From: Octopus sinensis
Taxonomy: Eukaryota
Length of the DNA stretch: 64,000 nucleotides
Reading direction: 5' to 3'
Assembly: GCF_006345805.1 (NCBI RefSeq)
Contig: NC_043010.1
Location: 20,646,001 to 20,710,000, forward strand
Shown in pieces: positions 13,198 to 24,317 of the stretch. The notes beneath the pieces are model-generated. The model was not told the DNA's origin, did no database searches, and saw only the letters and a list, made by a program, of their open reading frames with translations. The translations under genes and the position numbers were made by a program. Each line of letters begins with the position of its first letter. Position 1 is the first letter of the stretch.

Positions 13198-13601
13198 TCT
13201 ATTATATAAAATCCGTTCTGTCTGTCTGTGTGTCTTCTAGGATCTCGGGCATCCTCCATCCGATTGCGCTCAAATCTGATATGTAGATACCGACGGTATC
13301 AGGGCGAGTATAAGTTTTGAAAAAATTACAAAAATCGATTCCAGGTGAGAATGCGATCGATAAAGCCGTGGGAACGTGCACTTGTACGCGCAAGTACATC
13401 AGCTGTTGTGATCGATACTACGCGTACGCGAGAAAAAGTCAATCTTTATTTCTTCTTTTGCTGGTGTCTCAAACTTAGGTTAAATCAGTGTTTCTCAAAG
13501 CGGAGGCCTATGGGACGGTGGGACAAGTTGTTTTGAGAAAATTTTGTTTAAATGTTTGACAACTCAGCACCGTCCTTTGGACGGGGGAGGCGTTTTACTC
13601 G
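13198..13601 (+). mobile_element. Non-autonomous Helitron-like element
   Basis: 5' A|TCTATTATATAAAA..(GTCT)n. The 3' hairpin CCGTCCTTTGGACGG is followed by CTCG|T. Confidence 0.55.
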
Positions 13602-13680
13602 TATATATATATATATGTGTATATATATATATATATATATCTATATATATATATATATATTATATATATATATATATATA

Positions 13681-13726
<46 letters not shown>

Positions 13727-14207
13727 GAGGGAGAGAGAGAGAGAAATAGAGAGAGGGAAGAAAGAGGGAGAGAAGAGAGAGAGAGAGAGACAGTGTGTGT
13801 GTGTATGTACTAAGGTGTAGTACCTATCCAATATACTGTTGATCTTTTAATCTTTTAATCTTTTATGTATTACGAGTATATATGTGTATAACACACAGTC
13901 TTTGTATGTGTGTGTATTCTTAGGAATTCAACCGTGTTTCGTGGTCTGCTACCACAATAGCTCCTTTATAGGATCCAGTTAGCTCAAGACATCATTAGGA
14001 GGAACCACGTCCGGTTTCGGCCCCTACTCCTCTACCGTTTTGACGTGGCGCCCTCCCCCCTTTCGGAGGTGTCTTCAGCTCTGGTGTTGTTTTGAAATAA
14101 ATAGACATAATAGAATGTCTACCGGCTGATGTATGTCATTTTGGTATCCCTTCCATTTTCTTTTTGCCGTATACATACAAACATAACATAACATACATAA
14201 CATACAT

Positions 14208-14314
<107 letters not shown>

Positions 14315-14464
14315 CATATATATCACGTGATCACGTGGCCGACCAGGCTATCAGATGTTGCTGCCATAGTCCGCTGCCATAACCACTGGGCTATTACGCC
14401 TCCACACACACACGCACGCGCGCGCGCACACACACACACACACACACATATAAATATATATATA

Positions 14465-14528
<64 letters not shown>

Positions 14529-15065
14529 TATATATAAATACACGCTCATTGTTTTTATGCGTGTGTATGCGTGAGTGAGAACTGCTATCCCTTCCATACA
14601 ACATCTTAAATATCCCACTTCACGCAACGACAGCTGTTTAAGGTACAATCAATATTTGACTATGCTCCCTCCATTACCTTCACCACCAGTTGCTAATGGT
14701 GTTGTTATCCTGTTGTGAATATTGATCCCTGTTATAGGCATTAGGCCACGGATATTAGGGAAGAAAGGGTAAAGTCAATAAAATCGATAAACAACACTTG
14801 ACTTCTATTCATTTCAACGAACCTGACAGAATTAAAAAAAAAATATAAACATACGGCTACAAGAAATAAATGAATAAAAAACATTAAACACAAATAAGTT
14901 TAGTAAACGTAGAGTTATAAAGAGGTGTGGCAGCGTGGTTTAAAGGCTTGCTTCGCAACTATGCCGTGTTGAGTTCGATACCTCTACATGGTACCTCGTA
15001 CTAGTGTCCTTTAGAACTGCAGGAACGGAATTTGAGTGACGTAAACTGGAGAGTAACTATCGTGA

Positions 15066-15232
15066 ATGTATGTATGTATGTATGTATGTATGTATGTATG
15101 TATGTATGTACGTATTTACGTAAGTACGTACGTATGTATGTATGTATGTATGTATGTATGTATGTATGTATGTATGTATGTACGTACGTATTTACGTACG
15201 TACGTACGTACGTATGTATGTATGTATGTATG

Positions 15233-15266
<34 letters not shown>

Positions 15267-15540
15267 CGTATGAACGTACGTATGTATGTATGTACGTATT
15301 TACGTACGTATGTATGTATGTACGTATTTACGTACGTACGTATGTATGTATGTATGTATGTATGTGTATGTATGTATTCATGTATGTATGTGTATGTATG
15401 TATGTATGTATGTATGTATGTATGTACGTATGTACGTATGTATGTATGTATGTATGTATGTATGTATGTATGTATGTATGTATGTACGTACGTACGTACG
15501 TACGTATGTATGTATGTATGTATGTATGTACGTATGTACG
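15066..15540. repeat. Compound (TATG)n/(TACG)n microsatellite
   Basis: Seen directly in the sequence. Confidence 0.95.
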
Positions 15541-15544
15541 TCTC

Positions 15545-15860
15545 TTCTATTTTTTATTTACTATAAATCTTCCACTGAGGAAGGAGCCGGTTTCTAACAA
15601 AGATACAAGGCTCCATCTCTGGGATGTAGTTAACACAGACAAATTCACAAATTTGGAACTTGAGAAAAAAGTCTTGCATATTTTTACTGTTCCCCTCACA
15701 AATTGCCCTTTTAATGTACGAATCAGCCGGTCAATTTCTCTTTCTGAAAATCCCAGTTTATCTAGATTCTCTTTTAAGCATTTACTAACAAAATCCAGTG
15801 CTCCAATTCTTATTGATTTGAATATGAATTCATAGTCTGGATGTAGAAGCTGGATGTTCC
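15545..15860 (-). mobile_element. 3' end of RLE-type LINE (family 2), followed by (CATA)n
   Basis: Peptide QLLHPDYEFIFKSIRIGALDFV..LDKLGFS..GTVKICKTF resembles the RLE C-terminus (IxxGALG) and aligns with ORF 43232-43669. Confidence 0.65.
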
Positions 15861-15997
15861 AGAACCCTCTTTCACACCTGACATCATACCTCCCCCCTTC
15901 CTTTGCTCCAGTCCCCCCCTCTCTCACTATGCATGCACTATACAACACACCACCCGTCATATGCTACCGTCCTTTCCAATCGCGACTAACAAACAAT

Positions 15998-16447
15998 GGA
16001 TCTTTTCGGTTTGAACGGCAGTTTTTAACATAATTTCTAGGTAACTAAAACATTTTAAACTTCGTATACTGGTAGAATGTGATTATAAAACATCTTTTTC
16101 TCTTGGCTTTATTGAGAAAATTCTATAGTTTGTTGTTTTTTTCTTCAGTTCTATAGTTTGTAAGATATTTGTTGGTTTTTTTTTTCTTCAATTTCTGCAA
16201 TTTCAACCAATCACTGACGTCTATTGAGGTAAAAAAAACATTCTGTGCCGTATAAATATGTCCCTCGTGTAAGAAACAGATTGGGTTTATTTACATTTGT
16301 GAAGAAAAAAAGATACCCTTCCCCCCACCCCTAACCCTAACCCTAAAACAGATTGAAATGCAATAGATCGATACTAGGGTCATAATTATGGGTGACAATT
16401 TCACATGACACAGCTAGAAAAAACTGCCGTTCAAACCAAAAAGATCC
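15998..16447. mobile_element. MITE with TIRs, 8-bp TSD and internal (CCCTAA)3 (MULE-like, tentative)
   Basis: TIR GGATCTTTTCGGTTTGAACGGCAGTTTT. TSD CAAACAAT at 15990-15997 and 16448-16455. A second copy lies at 46983-47378. Confidence 0.85.
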
Positions 16448-17283
16448 CAAACAATCAAATCACAAGGGATTGCTTTCATAATCAAACAGAAAATACATTA
16501 TTTCCAAATGTTTTCACTGAGAACGTTCTCTTTTTTCTACACACACACACACACACACGAACAACCGCTGGCTGCTGGCCGATCCCTTTTCTATCAAGCG
16601 AGTGAAGAGTCTACGGAAATATATTTTTCCCCGCATTTTCGTAAAGCTCAACTTGGTTATTTGTCTGGATGCCACAGACGCAACAATTCTGAGAGAATCA
16701 ACATTCAAAGACTAATTGAAGATCGTCACCATCTTTCGAAACATGTTCTCTAAAATATTAGCGAATCCCTCTTATGATTATACAAGACAGTGGTACCAGT
16801 CATATGATGGGGAACTTTAGAAGTTCACTTTTGCAACCATCGGTAAATATCAGAAAATTTGGCATCCATACAATAATTATGGTCTAAGTTTTACCAAATT
16901 TCTTGGTGCACATAAGAAATGATGAAATGAATACTAATTCTCAGGCGAGAAATATTTATTTCCTTTGGATAAAATTAATTAAAAATATCCGAAAAGTAAA
17001 AATATAATTGACAACAAAATTACTCTTCGTGTTGATTTCATATTAAGGCATTTCACGCGCGCGCACCACCATCTCTCTTCTCTCGCTATATATATACATG
17101 TATGTGTGTGTCTATACTCATTCTCCACCTCCTCCCTCTTCTGTTCTGGTTCTATGATTCTTCACTCATTGTCTGCCACCAAGCACAGTATGTGTACTCA
17201 TCAGACACCTCTTGTAGCTCTCTTTAACTCTCTCCTCCCCTCTCTGTACGATGTAAATCGTGACCAGATCGTGTGAGAGGTTT

Positions 17284-17500
17284 AAGGTGGTGAGCTGGTA
17301 GAATGGTTAGCACGCCGGGGAAAATACTTAGTGGTATTTTGCCCATTCTGAGTTCAAGTTTCGCTGAGGTCGACTTTGCCTTTCATCCTTTCGAGGTTAA
17401 TGAAATAAGTACCAGTGAAACACTGGGGTCGATGTTATCGACTAGTCCCCTCCCCACAAATTTCAGTCCTTGTGCCTTTAGGAGAAAGGATTATTATTAT
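17284..17500 (+). mobile_element. SINE family B
   Basis: AAGGTGGTGAGCTGG..GAGTTCAA..GAGGTCGACTTTGCCTTTCATCCTTTCG. Many copies occur in the window. Confidence 0.8.
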
Positions 17501-18007
17501 TGAGAGAGCAGCACACGCCATCAAAGTGACGCTTGGGTACAAATATACGAAGCCCATTTTACCCATCATGACTATACGTCTGATAAAGGTACACCAGGAA
17601 TATACATCACAAGCATATGTGTGCGACATGGTGACCTCATATCAAGATAAATGGTGCATGACTTTGTAAGTGGGGCCCTGATAGAATTTTCTTCAGGTTG
17701 AGTCGCCCATCCTGCTCAAAAGGTCCTTGAATAAGGGTTGTTTAAAGATGTTGAACGAAACACCCAGATTTTCAGGGATGAATTATTCAAACTCCAAAGA
17801 ATTCCTCTCAACACATGGCTAGGAGGCTCCTCCACTGCTCCTGCTCGTCATCATCATCATCAGATATACATCGTCAGCCACTAAGGGACATGCTCAACTG
17901 GTTAAGATCAATCAAGGGAGTAGCAAATCTGTGGTACTGAGCAGAATATTTATTGGTACCTCGCATGTGGTTGGGAAGCAGATTTCTTACCATACAGCTA
18001 TGCCTAT

Positions 18008-18256
18008 GTGGAGGCGCGTGGATTAGTGGTTAGGGTGTCAGCACCACGATCATAAGATTGTGGTTTCGATTCCTGAACCGGGCGACGCGTTGTGTTCTTG
18101 AGCAAAACACTTCATTTCACGTTGCTCCAGTCCACTCAGCTGGCAAAAATGAGTAACGCTGCGATGAATTGGCGTCCCATCAAGCTGGGGAACACATACG
18201 CCATGGAAACCGGGAAACCGGGTCCATGAGCCTGGCTAGGTTTTATAAAAAGGGCG
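18008..18256 (+). mobile_element. tRNA-derived SINE family C
   Basis: TGGAGGCGCGTGGATTAGTGGTTAGG (A box) and GGTTTCGATTCC (B box), followed by GTGTTCTTGAGCAAAACACTT. Confidence 0.8.
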
Positions 18257-19147
18257 CAAAGAGAAAAAGACAGCTTTGCATATACGTCTATGAGAGATAC
18301 TTTCTCAACACGAATACCACAATTAAGAAAGCTTTCAATATATACACACCTAAAGTATGTATACACATCGCTAATCGTCATCATCATCGTCGTCGTCATC
18401 ATCATCATCATCATCATAATCATCATCAACATCATCACCGTCGTCGTCGTCGTCATCATCATCATCCTCATCATCATCATCATCATATCATCATCATCAT
18501 CATCGTCGTCGTCGTCGTCTTCATTTTACGTCTGCTCTCCGTGCCGGCATGGGTTGGAGAAGTCGTCACGGTCCAGGTAACTTCTCATTTGGCGTTACTG
18601 CTCCCAACGACTAGGTTTTCGTCCGCGTCATTTGGGTTGGCTTCTACGGCCGGGTGCCGGTTCTATCGTCAACCACTTTACAGAGTGTCCTGGGTGCATT
18701 TTTGTCGTGGTGCCAACATCAGATTATTCAGTTGACCCAAGGAGGGGAATAAAAGCTATAAATGGGTATTGATAGAGAGAAATTTGAGTGAGAGCTGTTT
18801 GTTATTTCTAGCAAGTCGTATGTCCATGTAGTTGGGGAGGGGTGTGGTCCCCTCGTTGCATTGTCTTCAGTTGTTTGTTTATCTTTCTCGCATTTTAGCA
18901 GAGAAAAAGACGAAGACAAAACAAACCGAAAAATAAACAAATAAAAAGATCTCTCAAGCTTAAATTTCTTTCTTAATCCCAGCTTTTCTTTCTTTCCTTC
19001 TTCCTTCCTTTTTTCCTTTCTTTTCCTTTTTTCCTTTCTTCCTTTCTTTCTTTCTTTCTTTCTTTCGTTCTTCCATTCTTCCTTTCTTTCTTTTCCTTTC
19101 TTTTTCTTTCTTTCTTTCTTTCTTTTCCATTCTTTTCCTTTCTTTTC

Positions 19148-19186
<39 letters not shown>

Positions 19187-19696
19187 TTCTTTCGTTCTTT
19201 CTTTCTTTCTTTCTTTCTTTCTTCTTTCCTTCCTTTCTTTGTTTTCCCCCCTTTCTTTCGTTTATTTCTTTACTTTCTTTCATGTCTCTATTTACTACAG
19301 ACCTTTGTGAAGTAGAAGTAGTAGCAGCAGCAACAGTAAGCAGCAAGAAGAAGAAGAACAACAACAGTAACAGACAGTAGATTGGTATTCCGTGTCACAA
19401 GAACAGAGAACACAAGTCTTCTGTGGTTCTTCAAAAATCTTGTTTTAAAAACACCAAAACATCACTCCCTTCACCGCCACCACCATCTCCACCATGGCAC
19501 CCACCACCACCACCACCACCTCCTCCACTTACACCTTTACTTGACATCCTAACAACCAGCTGTTGCTACGCAACAATGTTTTAAGCCATTTTTTCTTTTC
19601 GTTCCACTGATATCTTTCGCCATCATCACCTTAGGGGGCTCGTTTCCGCTTCTCTGATGTAATGTTATGTTGTCTACATAACCCAACAACCGCAGT

Positions 19697-19994
19697 CTTC
19701 TTCTTCTTCTTCTTCTTCTTCTTCTTCTTCTTCTTCTTCTTCTTCTTCTTCTCTTCTTCTTCTTCTTCTTCTTCTTCTTCTTCTTCTTCTTCTTCTTCTT
19801 CTTCGTCTTCTTCTTCTTCGTCTTCTTCTTCTTCTTCTTCTTCTTCTTCTTCTTCTTCTTCTTCTTCTTCTTCTTCTCTTCTTCTTCTTCTTCTTCTTCT
19901 TCTTCTTCTTCTTCTTCTTCTTCTCTTCGTCTTCTTCTTCTTCGTCTTCTTCTTCTTCTTCTTCTTCTTCTTCTACTTCTACTTCTTCTTCTTC
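19697..19994. repeat. (CTT)n microsatellite
   Basis: Seen directly in the sequence. Confidence 0.95.
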
Positions 19995-20168
19995 ACGTTC
20001 TCACTTCAACCCTACTGGCGTCGGCTTTGACTTTTATCCTTTCAGGGCTGATAAAATAAAATACCAGTTGCATACTGGGGTTGACGGTGTCGAACAATGC
20101 TCTTTCCTAGAGCGTTGCTGGCTCCATGCCTAAATTAAGAAAACAACGACAGCAACAACAACAACAGC

Positions 20169-20231
<63 letters not shown>

Positions 20232-20232
<1 letters not shown>

Positions 20233-21074
20233 TGGTAAATACTGGACTAAACTAAAGGCAAAAGAAATAGACAAAGAAAAATCCCAGCAATGGTTGAGAA
20301 GCTCAGGACTCAAAGCAGAAACAGAGGGATTTTTAATTGCAGCACAAGACCAAAGCCTCCCCACCAGAAATTACCAAAAACATGTAATGAAAAGAAATAT
20401 TACAAGTAACTGCAGAATATGTGGAGATGGACAAGAAACAATAAATCATATTATCTCTAGCTGCCCAGTCCTGGCTAAGAAGGAATATATTCAGAGACAT
20501 GACAGAGTTGGAACCTACATACATTGGAAGCTATGCCAACATTATGGAATAACAACAGAAAAAAGATGGTATAGGCACACACCAGAAAAGGTCACAGAAA
20601 ACGAGAAAGCAACCATACTCTGGGACATGCCGATACACACAGACAGAGAAATTAAGGCCAACAGACCAGATATAGTTGTCAGAGACCATGAAGAAAAAAA
20701 ATGCTTTCTAATTGATGTATCAATACCGGCTGATGACAACGTGTCTCTAAAAGAAATGGAGAAACTCTCAAAATACAAAGACCTGGAAATAGAGGTAACT
20801 AGAATGTGGAATCTGAAAACAGAAACAATTCCTATCATAGTAGGTGCATTAGGCATGATAAAAAAATATTCAGACAAATACATAACAAAAACACCAGGAC
20901 TTACAAACACATATAACATACAGAAAATTGCACTACTAGGCACTGCACACATCCTACGCAGAACACTTTCCATACAATAACCATCAGAGCATCACAACAA
21001 ATCACAGCACATACCCAAGGCACACAGAGCTGCGCTCGGTAGTGAAGTGAAAGCACGCTATAAAAATAAAACTA

Positions 21075-21077
<3 letters not shown>
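20232..21077 (+). mobile_element. 5'-truncated Dong/R4-like LINE (RLE endonuclease) inserted in (AAT)n
   Basis: Uninterrupted ORF 20294-20980 with a CCHC knuckle (CRICGDGQETINHIISSC), RHD and the RPDIVV...IDVSIP restriction-like endonuclease motif. (AAT)n lies on both sides. Confidence 0.9.
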
Positions 21078-21139
<62 letters not shown>

Positions 21140-21148
21140 TAATAATAA

Positions 21149-22788
21149 TTTGCAAAAAATGACCAACAAATTCAGGGCTTATTAGCGATTGTTAAACAAT
21201 TCAGTGATGACATCAGGATGCAATTTCGCCTCGATAAATGTGCAGAAGCTTCCAATGTTAATCTGACCAGCAGAATGTCATAAAGGAATTAGAACCAGCG
21301 GAGAGCTACAAATACCCAACGGAATTTGATAGGGACGGAATCAAACATTCAGTGATGAGGAAAAGGATCAGAAGAAAATGTTATCGTAGGAAAAGGGCAA
21401 TTCTTAAGAGAGCTGAATGCAAGAAACAGGATCGAAGTAATCAATACCATTCGTGACTTACTGTTCCAATATCGATAACTGGTCAATTACCGAAATATAT
21501 AATCGTGACAGAAAAATACGAAAATTGTTGACAATGCATAGAATGCACCACCCTAAGGCAGATATAGAACGACTTGACCTGCCAAGAAAAGAGGGAGGCC
21601 GTGGACTTTTACAGCTGAAATTAACAATGAAGATTGCCACAATTGGTCTAAACACCTACCTGAAAAACTGATGACTGGATGTTAAAACTTGTCTCAAAAC
21701 ACGTAAACAAGTAAGCATCATACTCAGTAACAAAACAGGCAAAGGAATATCTAAGTGAATTCCAAATACAACAAATTCCAGAATTTGACGTACTGGAAAC
21801 AAGCACAGAAAAAGCTAAGCGCATGAAAACCCGTGCTAAGACTGCTGCCTTAGATATTCTTACTGATAAATGACAAGGAAACCTCTCAATGGCAAATACC
21901 CAAAGAGAGCTAATAATGCCAATGCTGACAAAGTCCGTACCCATCAATGGTTTGTGGCTTCTGGCTTAAAATCAGAAACAGAAGGATTTATCATAGCAGT
22001 CCAAGATCAATGCCTATCTACAAGAAACTACCAGGCCAACATATTAAAGAACGGCAGCAACAAAATGTAGCCATTGATCATGTTGTCTCCATGTGCAGAT
22101 TTCTTGCGCCTACAGAGTATCTCAACAGGCATGATATATTCACTGGGTAATTTGCAAAAACCTGGACCTGCCTCTTGATAAAAACTGGTGGGAACACAAA
22201 CCACCTCCAGTGCTTGAAAATGATCACATCTCCCTCCTCTGGAACTTCACCATTCAAGCTGACAGAAAGATCGATGCGAATAGGGCAGACATCATATTGA
22301 AAGATTTCAGACAAAAATCCTGTCTCCTCATTGATATGACTGTCCCAATCGATATAAACGTATATGTCAAGATCTACCAAAAAACTGAGCAAGTATAAAG
22401 ACCTTGAAATAGAAATTAGCAAAATGTGGAGCCTGAAGACTAAAACAATACCTGTTGTCATAGGTGCCTTTAGAATGATAGCAAAAGGAGCTAATTGCTG
22501 CCTATCTCAGATACCAGGACACCCCAAAATGGCAGAAATTCAAAAGATAGTACTCATGGGAACTTCCCATAGCCTACGTAAAGTACTGTCTATGTAATAT
22601 CAAATTTTAGAACAAATTTATAATTTTCTTATGTTTTCTTAACCATTCTCTAGAACAATACCATGTACAAAGCCAAATATACGGCACCTAAGCATAATAC
22701 CAACATGATCTAACTTGAAGTCTCTTGTGGTCTCTGGGTGAGACTTGGAGTCAACTTGTACAAATACAAAGCAAAATCAAACATAAAA
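21149..22788 (+). mobile_element. Second, older Dong/R4-like LINE fragment in the same (AAT)n array
   Basis: HHPKADIERLDLPRKEGGRGL, GLKSETEGFIIAVQDQ, ANRADII and IPVVIGA motifs with many stops. Flanked by (AAT)n. Confidence 0.85.
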
Positions 22789-22815
22789 TAATAATAATAA
22801 TAATAATTCTATGCA

Positions 22816-23110
22816 ATCCAGGATCAAGCGTAGAGTTAGGCTGGTCGCCTGACATCTAGGGTGTCATCAAGTGCTCACAGCCCTCCTCTGCCAGTCGGGC
22901 AATGCTGTGGATATTCCACGATGGCGTTCTACAGATGATTAGTGCAAGGTAGGGTCGACGGCGTTCTCGGGGAAAGTCAACTGGCTTTTCTGTTCGGGAG
23001 GACTTTCGGGCCGAGGCCCATAGTAATGCTACCGATAAGAGTGGAGAACTTTCCCGTTGTTCGGGATAAGCGCGATAGACATGTTGATGCCTCAGTCAGG
23101 CCCGCCCTCG
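22816..23110 (+). mobile_element. Decayed Tx1/L1 ORF2 C-terminal fragment
   Basis: Translates to IKRR...AFYR*LVQGRVD...LFGRTFGP...VRDK, matching the in-window Tx1 at ~61125-61440 (WIKKR...AFYRGLVDGRYD...VRDK). Confidence 0.7.
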
Positions 23111-23119
23111 ATGCTCGCA

Positions 23120-23565
23120 GTTATTCTTTCTACTATAGACACAAGGTTTGAAATTTTCGGGGAGGGGACTAGTCGATTACATCGACCTCAGTGTTTCACT
23201 GGTATTTATCGACTCCGAAAGGATGAAAGGCAAAGTCGACCTCGGCAGGTTTTGAACTTAGAACATAGCGACAGGCGAAATGCCCGATTGAGACATCAAC
23301 ATGTTTATTGCGCTTATCCCGAACGACGGGAAAGTTCTCCACTCCTCTCGGTAGCATTGCTAGGCCAAATCGATGGGCCTCGGCCCGAAAGTCCTCCCGA
23401 ACAGAAAAGCCAGTTGATTTACGCCTTACCTTGCACTAATCATCTGTAGAACGTCATAGAGGAATATCCAGAGCCTTGCCCGACTGGCAGAGGAGGGCTG
23501 TGAGCACTTGATGACACGCTAAGCATTTCGCCAGCGTTCAAACGATTCTGCCACCTCGCTGCCTA
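23120..23565 (-). mobile_element. SINE family B interrupted by an inverted Tx1 fragment (23283-23517)
   Basis: The SINE resumes exactly across the insert (AAATGCC|GCTAAGC). Confidence 0.75.
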
Positions 23566-24317
23566 CGGACCTATGGAGTTATGTCGAACAGATGCTATCA
23601 CGTGTAGGTCAGATCTAGCTATTTACCGATTCCATCGTGAAGATCGCTCCGCCACTTCCCTTCTTTTGTTCGGGATACACATGTAGTTATTGTTAGTCTA
23701 GTTTAGTGGCTATGGCGAGAAAAAAATGTGGTAGACATGACCGAAAGTACTGAAACAGAAGCTTTGCTGTTCTGTCACAGCTTCACCGATATTTTCAAGT
23801 ATCACTTCGAAAAGTATCTGAGGGTGGAGAGGGAGGTACCGACTACCCCCACCCCAATACACTTGTAAAAACGGTGGGTGAATATCACAAAAATTGCCCA
23901 ACATGCAAAGTAAACACAGCGATGTCACTTGGCAAACCGCCTCATAAAAGTTACTGCTGACACTCACTGTACACGCAACCGTGTGTTGGTATCTGTTGGC
24001 GTGCTACAGGACTAGTCCGGGAAGCTGTTTCGGTAGAATTTTATTGATGTATTCATGGATTATATTATAGTATAAATCCACCATCCTCACATAGAATTTT
24101 AAACGGGTAAAGATAGACAAGTAAAACCTTGATGATATCCTATTCAACAACAAACATAAATAAGTGATATTTTTAAAAAATGAACAATCGAATTTATTGA
24201 GAAATTACAAAAGGATGGTGGATTTATACTATGATGTAATCTACAAATATATCAATTAAATTCTACCGAAACAGCTGTAGTAAATGTTAGACCCCAATTA
24301 GAGTTCTCCCTTTTTTA

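Noticed and set aside
16329-16346. Telomere or chromosome-fusion relic
   Set aside because: There are only three CCCTAA units, and they are internal to a MITE present twice in the window.
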